Origin: Eledone cirrhosa
Lineage: Eukaryota
Length of the DNA: 64,000 nt
Direction of reading: 5' to 3'
NCBI GenBank assembly: GCA_964016885.1
Contig: OZ024740.1
Location: 261,640,001-261,704,000, forward strand
Shown: piece after piece, positions 11,919-26,194 of the stretch
Layout: every line of letters starts with the position of its first letter
How positions within the stretch are numbered: the stretch's first letter is position 1
The notes under the pieces: generated by a model
What the model saw: the letters and a program-made list of their open reading frames with translations, nothing else
The model's database searches: none
Told to the model about the DNA's origin: nothing
Translations under genes and position numbers: made by a program

Positions 11919-14900
11919 GGCGACCTACGTAGGAAATCGTATTATCGTGAGCTCCACAAAAGTTTGTTGTTTTCAGTTGTTTCAAATTGCCAGTTATGGA
12001 AACCTTTTGTTGTTAAGTGTTTCTAAGTTCACATATATTGCTTTCTGAAAAGGACACTCAATAATATTGGGGCCTTGAGCCCAAAATTTAAACTTTTATA
12101 ATTATCAAACAAAAACTTTCTTTGCAAAAAACACATGGACGGCTTCCAGCCACACAAAGCTGACAGCCTTCCTAACAGACTAAGATCTCCCACCACCACC
12201 ACCATTGTAAATATTACTACGGTTGCCAACACTAAAAATATAAGGAGTGGCAATAATTTAAATTTGTCAAACGCAGACATTCATTTCCCGCCATTACCAA
12301 TAACAGCAGGTGTTAAAGCCGCCACCCCTACCACCACAATGTCAAAAAGAACAACCAACACCACTGATACCACCACCACCACCACCACCACCATCACAGC
12401 GACAACAGAAACAAAAAATAAATTATTATCTCGTGACATCGAAATGGATTCACCCAGAATCGACTCTTCCACGCCGAACACCACTGACACCACCACCACC
12501 ACCACCACCACCACCACCACCACCACCACCACCACCACAACTGAAACTAAAAATAACATAACAAAAATAACAATAACAACAACAGAAACAACAACAACAA
12601 CAATGAGAATAACAACAAGAACATCAACACCAGCGAAAAACAAAATGTGTCATTTGCCAAAGCGGCCAAGAAAAGCGAAACAATCGAGGTAAGCCAGGAT
12701 GAATTGAATGAAGCCAAGCGAATGGTAAAAAAAAAGATGGGTACAGGGTCGGCCTAACCCCCCATCTAATAAAATGGAGCATCGGCGCCTATGCACCGTG
12801 TCATATCGGACGATAAACACAAAATCGCGCCGAGTGGAACGGCCATCCGAGTCCCAGATACAGAAAGCTTTGGGACATGTGTGGGCGAAAAAAACCCACA
12901 TCAAACGTGGACAGAAATATGGAACCGTGGACGTGTTCTTTGGAACCCCACAGGAAGCCAGAGAGCACTCCATGGCCTCATTAAGAAGTGACGAGTTCAC
13001 ATTCGTCCCAAGCTATTGTGGTCAGAGACTCGTGAAGAACAGGGTGACCCACGTTCCGCCGGCCATCGAAATTCCTGGCTAATGGCTGCCATCCTCGCCG
13101 ACATCGAAGCCAACACAAAAGTAATTGAAGTAACAAAAGAAAAGCAGGAGAACTGGTCCGGATCTGGGATGGATCTCATGATCCAAGCGGACCAATAAAA
13201 CATAGATAAAATTCCAGAGGTGATTGACCTCAATGACGGCAGCCACCTCACCGTAATAGTTGAGGGTAGAAGGCCTAGGTATGTCGTTTGTGGCGAAGGA
13301 ACCTAAAGTCTTTTTGCCCTCAGGTTAAAAAGTTGATGCCACCTCTCCTACCCACCCCAGTGACTCAACCATCAAAATCTGCAGCAGAAATGGCAGCAAC
13401 AACAGAAGCAACTATAGCAGCAACAGCCCCAGCAACAGTAACAAAACTAACACCACCACCACCACCCACCGCGCCAGAATTAGCACCAGCACCTCTGCCA
13501 TCCACCAAGCCACAACCAAAACCAAAACCAACGCCTGTGGAGGATTTTCCACTCCCCGACCTCTCGCAACTGGAGACAGATTGTGACGACGAGGAGGAGT
13601 GGGAAACTATATCTGGAAAACGAAGAAAAAAAAGAGAACCCTAAAAAGACAAAAGCCCTCTTCTTTCGCCCTCCAAAAACACAATGCAGGGTGAAACAAA
13701 CAAACAACCTAATAAAAAATTTAAGACAGCCCTGCCACCACACACACCAGCATCACCAGTCCCATCACCACAAACACCAACACCATCACCATCATTTACC
13801 CCAACACCACCATTACCAACACCACAAAAATCACCAACAAGCGAAACAGAAACAAACGCACAACAAACGCAAACAAAACAAAGCAACCAAAACGATACAC
13901 ACTACACAGCATTGAATTTGAACAACAACCAATTATTACACTACATCCAACACAAGACCAGCATCACAGAAAAAGACTACACAACACCCCAAAATCTCAC
14001 ACCACCTCCACACATACAAATCACTCGCATCACACAGAAAGCGTACACGACACTAAAATTAAAATTCCCCAAGGACACGGAGACTTCCGACAAGCACTCT
14101 CCTGGAGGATTTATAAAGACATCCTTCCGGAGGAGACCACAAGCAGTGAGAAGGACGGAAAAACCATCCTTCCTCCACGAGAAGAGAGGTAAGTGATCTT
14201 TCCCAACTTTTACCACTCCTTTTCAACATGACCTCACTCACAATAGGCAGCATAAATGCGCGTGGCTTGGGGTCGTCATGGAAGCAGGGCCACCTGCTCA
14301 ATGGCCTCAGGTCACTAAACATAGATGTGGTGGCCATCAGCGAGACCAGAATCTCCGAAGACGAGCCTTCACACCGATCTTCGGCGGCTACGATGTGTAC
14401 GCATCTCCCAGGCGTCCTGGATCGGGGGGAGGGTTTGCTGTGCTTTTTCGGAGAGGCTTGGATCTCGCCATACGGGCCATCTTTCTGGACCCAGAAGGTA
14501 AGTTGGTGGTGCTAGACGTGAGCAGCGGAGACGGGCAAGCTTTCGAGCTAGTGTCCGTCTATGCCCCGACAGGAGCAGGGCGGCCTGATTTCTTCTGGCG
14601 TCTGGAGACCTTTCTTGGAACATCCCGCTCTTTAGTGTTAGTGGGCGACTGGAACGGGATCTTAGATGCACGCTGGGACTGTGTGGGATTAGCGGATAGG
14701 GTGGAGGGTGCAAGAGCCTCACCAACCTGCCCAGGCGTTTTGAACTGTCTAACAGGTACCGATTGGATTTCCCAAATGTGCCAATGTGGACTTGATAAAT
14801 CGCATGATAAATCGCATAGGGCCATCCAGATCATATCTAGATAGAGTATTTTGTAGGGAAATAGATAGGTCTAGCATAGGCTGTCCATATTTCAAAATAG

Positions 14901-16950
14901 TCGACTACACGGACCAAAAATTCGTGATCTGTGAGGTTGACCTAGATAGGCTTCATAGACAGGGACCCGGCTACTGGAAGCTAAACGCATCATTAACAGC
15001 GCGCAAGTCCTACGGAGACCGGATTAGCGAACTAGTTAAGCGGGCGTTGACGGGGGCCATCGTCAACAACAAATGGTGGTTTGCTCTGAAAAGAGCGATT
15101 AGAATAGAGTTCATTAGGTTTAGTAAGGCTTTAGCAACAGAGAAAAATAGAGCAGAGGAAGAACTAGTTAGAAAATTAGACGAGGCGCTCAGTAAAGGCA
15201 TCGCGACCAACGTACTGTGGCAAAATTGGCCCTTGAGCAATTCTTCAATGCAAAGCAGGAAGGCTGCGTTATCAGAGCTAGGGTGCGTGCTCTCAGACAC
15301 GAGAGGACGAAAGCCGTTCAATGGGCCCGAGTGGCGGAGGCGCGTCGTGGCAACAAAGCCACGATCCGGTCTTTGGTGGACCACGACGGGCGCTTTTCAG
15401 CGACATTTCACTCATCTGTTCGGATCGAGGGATGAACTTTAGTGCCTACCTCGACGGACTGCCGCGACTCACGGCCACTGAGGCGGAGTGTTGCGAAAAG
15501 CCGATAACAGCCGCTGAAGTACGGGAGGCAATGACTGGCTGCACAAGGGGTAAACCACATGCTTTGGATAGTCTGTCCTATGAACTTTACGTACAGATGC
15601 CAGACTTGGTCGGAGGCCTCTTGGCGGACATCTACTGCAACTGGCAACAGAACGGGAGAATTCCCAGCTCTGTGAGCCGAGGAGCGGTGGCACTGCTGAG
15701 AAAGGATCCGAACAAGGGGGATAACATAGAAAATTTCAGGCCCATAACTCTGCTAAACTCAGAGTTCAAGATTTTGGCTAAGGTGCTAGCAAAAAGGTTG
15801 TGGTTGGTGGTCTGGTGGGAGAGGCGCAGAAATGCGCCATTCCAGACAGATCCATCAACGACAACCTCCACCTCATGCAAGGTGTGGTCGCCGTTTGCTA
15901 GACCCGTCTTACCCCAGCTCGTCTCCTTGACGGAGCTGCAGTCCTGGGCCAAGCGAAGACCGAGAGGGAGCGCTTGGAGACTGGAATGTCTTCAGGCGCT
16001 CACAGCCCTCGACCAATCGGGCAATGTGATCGGTGGAAACTTCACCTTGGCGTTCTATAGAGGATTAGTGGAGGGGAAGAGCGACGACGTACTTGGGGAA
16101 ACTCTAGGCGTCGACGAAAATCAACTAGCCAATCTCTTCGGAAGAACTTTCGGGCCGGGGCCTATGGACAACTTCCAGATATCCCTGGCCTGGCAGTGCT
16201 ACCGAGGAGCTTTGCAAGTTCGGGATAAACTCTACAGGCATGGAGGTGCCGTCAGCCGGGCATGTCCGAGATGCGCGCAGGGCGACGAAACCGTCCTGCA
16301 CGCACTCGTCCAGTGTCCGAGCATTGCTTACTTGTGGGTTTATGTCGAACACCTGCTGTCACGTGTAGGACGGGTCCGGCTATCAGCTGAGTCCATCGTG
16401 AGGATTGCCCCGCCCTCTTCCTTTAGCAGGGAAGGGCAGGCAGTTTTTATCTGTCTGATGGCCATGCCGAAAGAGATAGTATGGTGGACACGTTTGAAAG
16501 GGCTGAAGACGAGCACTTACCTCTTCGGTGATGCCCTGATTGACTTTTTCAAATTTCATTTGAAAAGGAAAATCAGGGTAGAGAGGGAAGTGCTCTCTTC
16601 CCAGCATTTTGTTGAAAGATGGGTGAGAGAAGCAAGAATGGCCCGAGTGAATGGGCCTACTCTGAGTATATATCTGTAAATTAAAGGTGGAAAACTGGGA
16701 GAGGGCACTTGCCTTGGTGGTCAGGGTCACTGTGGCCTTTTACTGGGCTTTCTCCACAAATGTCACTCCGAAGTCTCCCCCCTATTGGGGAATTTTTCAT
16801 TGTTATTTTTTTGTTACATCCTCTGTTTTATTTTTTTTACAAGCAGAAATGCCCATTTGTACCGTCCTGTATTGTCCTGTACTGTCCTTAATGTCTACTT
16901 TATGTAAACCCTTGTGGTTAATAAAGAAAGCATTATTATTATTATTATCG
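11919..16950 (+). mobile_element. Tx1/L1-clade LINE, both ends present, RT core deleted near 15880
   Basis: Broken ORF1 about 12135-14196. ORF2 from 14228: LTIGSINARGL, DVVAISET, SVYAP, VGDWN, NFRPITLLNSEFKILAKVLA, CPRC...ETVLHALVQC, stop at 16679. AATAAA plus (ATT)n tail. Confidence 0.92.
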
Positions 16951-16957
16951 GTGAATT

Positions 16958-17146
16958 GGCAGTATCGGTAGAGGGTCGGACGCGATGCTTTGACGCATAG
17001 AGTTACGGCCTTTGCCATTCTGAGTTCAAATCCCGTCGAGGTTAACTTTGCCTTTCACCCTTACAGGGTCGATAAAATAAAGTACCTGTAATGTACTGGG
17101 TATTTGCTGGCCTTGTGCCAAAAGTAGAAACAATTATTATTATTAT
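16958..17146 (+). mobile_element. SINE family A, complete copy
   Basis: A-box-like tggcagtatcgg, B-box-like gagttcaaatcc, (ATT)n tail. Confidence 0.9.
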
Positions 17147-17147
17147 T

Positions 17148-17317
17148 AGTATCGGTAGAGGGTCGGACGCCCTGCTTTCCAGCATAGTTACGTCCCTTTA
17201 CGATCTGAGTTCAAATCCAGCCGAGGTTGACTTTGCCTTTTATCCTGACGGGGTCGATAAAATAAAGTACCAGTAATGCACTGGGTAATTGCTGGCCTTG
17301 TGCCCAAAGTAGAAACA

Positions 17318-17362
<45 letters not shown>
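17148..17362 (+). mobile_element. SINE family A variant, in tandem with the previous copy
   Basis: Same head and body; long (ATT)n tail. Confidence 0.9.
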
Positions 17363-17371
<9 letters not shown>

Positions 17372-18542
17372 TATATACATAAATATAAATATATATACCT
17401 ACACATACATATATATATACATACATACACAAAAATATATGTGGGTTAACTAGCGGAGGAGGCACAGCATTCACATCAACATATTTTTTTTTATTGTAGG
17501 ACATCCAACCGAAAGTAGTAGAGATCCGTGGAATTTTGAGGCCTTTAACTACTGGGATCGATTTAATCAATTATACATTTCACCTGAATGTGTGTATAGT
17601 ATTAAGTATGGCCGTCGATCATCTTAATCTTTTTCTCAACCGAACAAAGAAAGAAACAAACAAACACAACAAAATCGATTCTGCTGGCTTCCATCCACTG
17701 CCCAACGAAAGTTCAGCATGCCTTTGCTCTTGTATCATTTCTGGTACACGTTGACCAATTGTAGGTTGGATAAAGTGCTTCTGTGGTCCGGGGATTAGTC
17801 CTGGCTATCTGAACGAACGCACAATTCCGACAGCCCGCACTAGCCTAAACTTGGGCTATATTTATCGATCTCGAAAAGATGAAGAATAAAATTGATTTCG
17901 ACATGATTCGCACTCAAAGGAACAAATATCACAAAGTATTCTACAAGTGCAAAAGACAGCATGTAGCAATCTCAGACACAGTCGAAGCTGCTTTATCGTG
18001 AACATTAATCGAAATTTTGGTCATCTGTTTCCTTAAGCCTCGCGCAAAAATTTGCCAAAACTGCTACTATAGTTCATAGAAATGGCTCGGCCACTGTCTT
18101 TTTAACACCCCACTCCTCACTGATTAACCTCGATGTCACGTGATTGATTCTTTTGAATTTGCCACCGACCAAGTAGGCAGTGATTTTTTCAATGTCTTGG
18201 AATTTAGTCCACGCTTGCTTTTTTCCATCCAGTGAATTATTTTTGTATAAGTTCCCTGTGTCCGCGCATCGCCTGGTAACTTAGCTCAGAATGAGCTTCC
18301 TGATGACGAAAGGTTTCTCCATGCGTTCCATTCGGTAGCCATGTTTATTCCCTTTCAGAAACTAATTAGTTGGAGTAAAATTTTAGTAAGTAAGTTAATT
18401 TTTATAATTTTCTTATTTTACGTCTTTCATATAATTGTTCTGCATCCCCTTGCATTGAACCACAAAGTTACTAAGACAAACTTATATATTTGCTAGCATA
18501 GGTATGCATCTGTGTATATATATGTTGGTAGATATACTAATT

Positions 18543-18587
<45 letters not shown>

Positions 18588-18649
18588 GATTTGTGATGTT
18601 TTTGCATTCTTGCAATAACATACACAACTGAATTCATTCGCCTGATATA

Positions 18650-19055
18650 GGGGTTGCCTTCCTTGCCGATCCCCACGTGGGGTCAGCAATAGTCATTCCT
18701 TGTATTAACATTGAACTAAAACCTGTTGAGAAAGTGGCTTCCTTGTTCAATCATCTTACCAGAAGCCTAACATTATTTATGTAAGCGGACAATAATTGAT
18801 TTAGGAGCCGCAGAAACCCAAATGCTAGATTTTACCAACCTTCCAGGGGTCCGGGTAAATTTTCAATCACAGATATTTTTTATTTGTTTGACCCAAATTG
18901 ATCGTTTTTTGGCTATGCCAATGATTGTTTAACCATCGTCTCAGTGTGTTTGGCCTTTAACGTTTGTTATAGCTCTGGTTCATCTGAAACATTGAGCACT
19001 TGCCACACACCTCGGAGGTTGTTTTTTGTTATTTCGTGGGCCGAAATGCGATTAA
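18650..19055 (-). repeat. Unclassified about 400-bp dispersed repeat with terminal hairpin (second copy 59770-60180, opposite strand)
   Basis: Highly similar reverse-complement copy about 41 kb away. Confidence 0.85.
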
Positions 19056-19079
19056 TTTATATATATATATATATATAAT

Positions 19080-21493
19080 AAAAAATTGAACGGAAACAAA
19101 ACAGAGAGGCAGTACGAACAAAGGTTTATTAGTTTCACGCTCTTGAGAGTGGGGTGGTGGTGGGGAACGACGTTTCGGGCATAAGCCCTTCTTCAGGTGA
19201 AAAGTGTGTGGGAAGAGAGTTCCAAGGGTGTGTGGGGGAGTGGTGGAGAGACATATAGAAAAAAGGGTGTGAGAGGAAACGGTACAAATGAAATTATATA
19301 TAAAAGCATAATAAAAATAAAAATAAACATGAAGTAAAACAGGTGGTGGAAGGGTGTGGGGCGTGTAGGGTGGTGGCGGGTGGAGTGGGGAGAGGGAGGC
19401 GGGGTGTCCGAGCGGGGAGGGCTGAAGGTGGTGTGTGTGTGTAGGTGTACGTGTGTGTGTGTGTATGTGAAAGTACGAGTTGGGGGAAGAACGGGGTTGC
19501 ATGTTCAGGAATAGGTGTGTGTGGGGTGGGGTGTAGGTCGGAGTGTGTGTGCGTGTGTGGATGGGGAGGGGTCAGAATGGTGGGGGGAGAGGATTCCGGA
19601 GGCTGAGTGTGTAAATATGTGGTGGTACGCACGTGTGTGTGGTGTTTATGCGTGTTGTGGATGTAGGTGGCGTGTGGGAAAAAAAGTTTTTGAGTGTATG
19701 TCAGTGGGTGAGTCCTTAAGGTAGTTCCGTAGAGGATGTGGTGGAATGCTGGGTAATATCCTTGGGATGTGGTGGATTCTAGGGATCGATGTTCAATATG
19801 TGTAATCCGTGGTTGGTCGGAAGAGGGGAGATGTGGGGTGCGCGCGCAATAGGAAGTGGTCAGAGGGTCAAGGCAGGAGGAGGGTTGTGTGTCTGTGTGC
19901 GCGGGGAGGTGGTCAGAGATAAGGGCATAGCAGCAGTCGGGTAGAATGGTAAGTGAAGAAAGTCGGTGTGTCTGTGCGGATTGCGGTGGACAGGGGAGAG
20001 GATGGGTAGATGTGAAAGTTGGAGTGAGGAGGGGGTATGTGTGTATTAGTAGAGGTGTTAGTGGGATGTGTGTGTGTGTGAGAAAGGGTGTGGTGGAGCG
20101 GGGAGAGAAGGGTGTGGGGGCCGGTGGAGGGAGTGTAGTGTACTGGTGTGTGTGTGCGTGTTTGGATGAGTGTGTATGTGGTGAAGGGGGTGTTAGTGGG
20201 TGTTAGTATACTGGAGGTGGGGAAAGGGTTGAATGCGGGTGTGAGTGGGGGTCAGTGGTGGTAGGGTGTGTAGAGTGGGTGGTGTAAGAGGGTGTGTGTG
20301 TTCGTGTGCGTAGGGTTGGGGGGTGTTAGTGATGTTAGTTGCGTGTAGAGTGGGTGGTGAAAGTGGGTGTGTGTGTTCGTGTGCGTGGGGTAGGGGGGTG
20401 TTAGTGATGTTAGTTGCGGGGTGGTGGGGTGGATGTGTGGGGGTGAGGGTCAGTGGTGGTAGTAGGGTGTGTGTTTAGTGTGAGCGCGTGTATATATGTA
20501 CCGGTGGGTGTGTGCGTGTGATAAGGGAGGGGGGGGAGAAGAATGGAGGGATGTTAGTATGTTAGTTGGGGAAGGGTGGTCGGGTGTGGGGTGGAGTTGT
20601 TAGTATTGTTAGTTGTGGGGTGGGCGGTGAAAAGGAGGGGTGTGTTAGTGGTGTTAGTGGGGGATATGTGTGGGGGGAGGGGGGCGGTCGAAAGCTAATG
20701 GAATAAGGGTGGGGAGTTCAGGCCGGGGGGAGTGTGGGTCTGTAGGGTGAAGATGGTTCGTTGTTCGACCCTGAGGAGAGTGGCGGGTGTTCCGTGGATT
20801 GGAGTAGGCCACAGACTGTGAGGTGGTGTGCGGAATGTCCAGGGGCACCAAAGTAGCGGCGATGGGGGAACTACCACCGAGACGAATATCCCGGAGGTGC
20901 TCAGTAAATCTGTCCGCCAGGCGACGTCCAGTCTGTCCGACGTAGGTTGCGCTGCACTCCGTGCAGCGAAGTCCATAGACTAGGTTGGAGGAGGTGCAGC
21001 GGAAGGCATGCCGGACAGAGAGCTAGTGGCCGTTAGGACCCTGGAAGGTGGTGGTGTTGGTGATGTGGGGGTAGGTGTTGCAGCGGGGCCTGGAACAGGG
21101 TAGGAAACTGGGGGGGGGGGGGGGTCTGTGGAGGTGGAGGGGGGGTGAGATTGCGTGCGCGTTTGAAGGAGGGGAGTGGTGGGGCTGGGAAGATGTGGGA
21201 GGTGGAGGGGTCGGACTGGAGGCGTCGGAAGAGGCGGAGGATGGTGCGGTGGAGGGGTATGGTGGAGGGGTGGTAGGTGATGGGGAGGGGAGACGGTGGG
21301 TAGGTGTGCGTTGGCGTGGGGTGAGGGTGGTGGAGCGGTGGACAGCACGGGCACGGGTGAGAGCGGTGTGGACGAGAGGGAGGGGGGGGGTAACCTCTGC
21401 GGATGAAATGGCTGACTAGGGAAAGGGCCTGGGACTCAAAGTCAGCATCTTGGCTACAGAGGCGGCGGATCCTGAGGAGTTGGGAGTAGGGAA
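19080..21493 (-). mobile_element. Penelope-like element (Neptune-like), 5'-truncated: RT thumb, Cys linker, GIY-YIG endonuclease, long C/A-rich 3' UTR
   Basis: IPYSQLLRIRRLCS...FIRRGYP, ITYHP, CSRPRCNT, VYGLRCTECSATYVGQTGRRLADRFTEH, EQRTIFTLQTHTPPGLN; (AT)n on both sides. Confidence 0.88.
19163..19200 (-). ncRNA. Minimal hammerhead motif in the PLE 3' end (weak stem I)
   Basis: Reverse complement reads tcac CTGAAGA a gggc-ttat-gccc GAAAC GTC gttc. Confidence 0.65.
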
Positions 21494-22179
21494 TATATAT
21501 ATATATATATATATATCTTTTTGAGTTGAGTTTGAATTATTTTTGCCACATCTTACGTTAACTATTTTTCCCATTTTGACGCTATAGTCACTTATATATT
21601 ATGGAATACTGTTGGATTTTTGCTACAATATTTTCTATACCTTTCATTTATATATATATATATATATATATATATGGAGAGAGAGAGAGATAGAGAGAGA
21701 GGGAGAGGAGGTAAAATAGGGAGAGAGGAAATATAAGACCGCATTACTAGACTAGTACTTTATCAACCTCGAAAGGATAATAGGCAAAGTTGATTTGAGC
21801 GTGATTGGAACTCAGAGCAAATGGATCCTAGGTTTTTGCAAATATGGAGATATTCTCTCAAAAAGATCTTAAAGATAGTTAGAAGTAAAGAAAATATATC
21901 AAAGAAATGTATCTTATAATATTAAACTTTAAACTCCACTGAAGAGTATTGCGGATTCTTCGATTATTCCGCAAACGAAACCACGGTAGGGAGGTCATTA
22001 TATAAACGAGTTTAGATAAAATATTGTTTTTGTCTATCTAGGTTGCACTCCCATAAATAGATTTTTCTCACTTAGATTTAATATATAATATTGCTTCTCT
22101 GAGTGATTCCACCCATTGAGATGTTTAAGTATTAGAGATTAATTAATCTTTGATATATAAATATAAATATATATATATA

Positions 22180-22591
22180 CTAGCCGAATTACCCGCGCCT
22201 TGCTGCGTTTCACACATTTCTTTTGTTAGAAAATGATGATTGATTTTAAATCAGTAATATAATTTATGGAGAAAAACTGCATTAGGGTGTCTTAATATTA
22301 TTGAAATTTGCTGAAATTCTGTGAATAAGCATCATATCTTGTCATTTACCTATGGTTTAAATTTCATACAAATCGAAGGGAAAACATTTTCAGCCGGGGT
22401 TTGTGTCCCCGGGAACCCTTTGATTAAAATGAAATATACTTATCCAAGTACCCTGGGCAATGTAGTTTCAGAATATATATGGTTATGGGGGTCTATCTCC
22501 AAAACCATAGGAGGAGTTCGTGAACAAACAAACAGACAAACAGACAAACAAACAGACAGGAACTACAGGTTTATATATATATATATATATA

Positions 22592-22593
<2 letters not shown>
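22180..22593 (-). mobile_element. Non-autonomous Helitron-like element
   Basis: Minus strand starts TCTATATA...AAA followed by a (TGTY)n tract, and ends with a weak GC hairpin plus CTAG at 22180-22183. Confidence 0.65.
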
Positions 22594-22660
<67 letters not shown>

Positions 22661-22667
22661 TTATGTA

Positions 22668-22737
22668 CAGGGTGTCCCCACAAAATGTATACACACTTCA
22701 ACAGCATTCTAATCAACATGTATATACATCTTTTTGG
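22668..22737 (+). mobile_element. Tc1/mariner-like terminal fragment
   Basis: TA-CAGGGTGTCCC start; related reverse copy near 42040-42090. Confidence 0.5.
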
Positions 22738-23102
22738 ACAAATACCACTTTGGAAGAAGAATCAGGATGGAGAGAGAGGTGCTGTACCCCAGCAAGTTTT
22801 ATGAAAGGTGGGTGAAAGTGGCGAGAATGGCCCGAGTGAATGGGCCTTCTCTTTATATCAGCCTGTAGGTTGACGAAAAAGAGGAAGAGAGGAAAGGGGT
22901 ACAAACTCTTCGTACTCCCGGAGATGAGGGTTGCCCATTTCTTTCGGGGGTGTGTGTTACCCATATGACATGTCTCCCCCTATTGGGGAAAATCGATTAA
23001 TCTTTAAATTGCATTTGTGATATTTTAAACGTTTTTATTGTATGTAAACTTCCCTCTTTGTATTTGGCCCCGTCTTTTGTGCCCCTGTGGCTAATAAAAA
23101 AA
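22738..23102 (+). mobile_element. Tx1/L1 LINE 3' fragment
   Basis: RIRMEREVL...ERWVKVARMARVNGP matches the ORF2 end at 16679; AATAAA tail. Confidence 0.85.
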
Positions 23103-23106
23103 CATA

Positions 23107-23219
<113 letters not shown>

Positions 23220-23593
23220 GTATATTTGTGCGTATGTGAGTTCGTGTGCGTGCGCACGTGTGTGTGTGCTGATATTTTGGAAATGCCAGAAGTATAAACA
23301 TAACATTATATCTCGAGCAAAAGATCTTAACAATGGGAAACAACTTTTTTTTTTTCCGAAATATCTTCTCACCTCTTTCGCCTTCTCCCACTACTTGCTT
23401 TCATAAATAATTTCGACACCTGCCTTTCTTTGTACTCCCATACACACGTATCCACACAGACAGGCACACAAACGCAAACACATATTTATGCTATAAATAT
23501 TTACATTTGTACATACTTGTATGTATGTATGTATGGTTGCTTGTATGTATGAATGTATGTAAACATACATATTTATATACATATATTTAATTA

Positions 23594-23635
<42 letters not shown>

Positions 23636-23760
23636 TATTATATATGTATATGTATGGTATATATATATTTACTATATATATTATTCTCAAGCGTGAACCT
23701 AATATTAACACTTTGTACTGCCTTTTCGCTTCGTTGTTGTTTTTTTTGTTTTATGTTTTA

Positions 23761-23954
<194 letters not shown>

Positions 23955-25098
23955 GCACAGTCACAGACCTATAGATATACACACATCATTTGAAAAACTT
24001 TCCCTCACGCATATATTTGTTACGTGGTAAAGAATGTTTTTCTCTTAAATATATTGAAGACCGTTCTTTTATTTTCCATCAGATTATTTTGATATTTTTC
24101 ATGAATTCTTTGCAGTTTGTTTGGAGCAGCAATGTTTCTATACTTTTCATCAACGTTTCTAAACCTTCATAGTTCCATCTTCTGGCGTCTATTGTTGTCA
24201 GTTAATAGTAAACCGGGCTAATGTTATATGTGCCAAACATTACCCCCGGAGTTTTGATTTTAACCTTTAGATATATTCATTAGTTAGATATATTCATTAA
24301 TTTCGAGAAGCCATTCATACTCCATCTTTATAGGTTTTAAGATTTGCAGGTTAAATAAGCAAAAAAGATGAAGACGCCGTGGGTTCTCCCTTGGAGAATG
24401 CAAGACATTCTACATGGCCATTATTGAAAAAAAAAAAGCAAAAACAAATAAAAACAAAAAACAAAACTTTCACCGGTACTGAAATATATTATATACACAA
24501 GTTATGTGCATGAGACCCTCATCGTAATGGACACACTGGAAGATGTTAAGAAATTAAAGGAATTAAAGCAAAAATCAATTCCATACCCAAATTCAAAAGT
24601 ACATATAAAACTATTATACACGTCTGTTCACAGACAACGTCACTTTCGGCAGCTATAAATAGATCACAGCTTACAAATAAAAGAAGAAAAAATGGCAAAC
24701 CGATACCGACAACAATAGCATGAACTCTGACCCAGTTTCTGATTATAGTCTTCCGATGAAGGGTTTTTAGACCCAAAATATTAGGACAGGTAAATAAAAT
24801 AACAGCTGCTTCACCAACATCTTTGTTGGCTTCAATTTATTCCGAAATCTACTGTCCATTTTGCATTGTCATAGCTTGCAAATAACATACTGCTTTATTA
24901 GTAATACAATTATACCATTTCCAGATATAAATATTTCGAGAGAAAATATCAGAAAGAATACCTCATTTTAACCCAAGTAACCGCAAATATTTTGCACATA
25001 CAGATACGAAATCTCTGTGGTAAAATCTCTTCTCAGAAGAACATTAATATTCTCCTCGACAACTATAATAATTCACAATATAATATAAAACACAAATC

Positions 25099-25163
<65 letters not shown>

Positions 25164-25329
25164 GCGCACACACACACACGCACACACACACACATATCCA
25201 CAAACACACTCACAAACGCATACATATGTGTGTGTCTATAGGTCTGTTTATACACGCGCATATTCGTATATAATTCAATATACAATCTCATTCATAGACA
25301 TACACATATATACAATAGACATAAGTTAA

Positions 25330-25730
25330 AACTCGGCTATTCCTGTGTTAAAAATATGAAAGCCCACATCACTACCAGCCCCAAGAGCTCAACACCACCT
25401 GGATACTCTTGCAGAAAGCCAGAAACACGCTCCTTTCAACAACAGAGTAAGACACCTGCTATAGTTTATGAAGCTGAAGTTACATCTCGACCAAACCAAC
25501 AGCAGGAAGTCAAAACATATGTAGCTACTGTAGTTACTGGTTTAAAGAACGCTTCCTTAACCATCAGACAACATTTAGACATTCGGATAAGTGATTGTCC
25601 ACGAAGCTCATAAGCCACATATAGTCATTCAAAGACGCAGACGTGGATTACTCCATTCAATGGAAAGTTCTGGCCAAATCTTGGCAATACGGAAATGCAA
25701 ATTTGTATCGTGGGCTGTGCATCGATTTTA
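25330..25730 (+). mobile_element. PLE GIY-YIG endonuclease fragment
   Basis: IVYEAEVT...KTYV...FKERFLNHQTTF...YSIQWKVL; same type as the domain at 51900-52250. Confidence 0.7.
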
Positions 25731-25739
25731 ATATAGAAG

Positions 25740-25790
25740 AGCTTCTACAGGACTAGAACTGTTTCATTCGTGAGAAATCATCAGGAAGCT
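25740..25790 (-). ncRNA. Type I hammerhead ribozyme motif (same family as 10109)
   Basis: Reverse complement reads agcttc CTGATGA tttctcacgaat GAAA cag-ttctagtc-ctg TA gaagct. Confidence 0.8.
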
Positions 25791-26194
25791 GGCTATCCAA
25801 GTAATTGGTAGTATTTATGTCTTTCCTTATCTGGTGGTAGGAGAGGGTGGGGATTGGGATGGGTGGAGGTCATTGGTTGAAGGAATTAAAGAAAGGGGAT
25901 TCATTAAAAGCTAATTCTTTAAAGCTATAATATTAACAAAGGCAGAAAGAATACTGTAGACAAGTTCAAAATTGGAATACCAATCCTTGTTTATCACTTA
26001 AAGTAACAATGCCTGTAAGACAGGTGTCTACAGGATGGGTGGGGTTCAATGGTTTAAAGAAAAGGGAAATTCTTTAGACGCTAATTCTTTAAGGCTAAAA
26101 TGAGGGTGATAAAGGCAGACAAAGTTCCATCAACAGATTAAAGTGTTGGGGTGAACCCCCTATAGTGAAGTTTCTCTTAATATATATTCCAAGT

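Noticed and set aside
18250-18390. PDDERFLHAFH as a downstream ASPHD2 exon, and CTGATGACGAAA as a hammerhead
   Set aside because: Similarity is limited to a few residues with an upstream stop and no W-x-EG motif; the RNA motif has no stem II.
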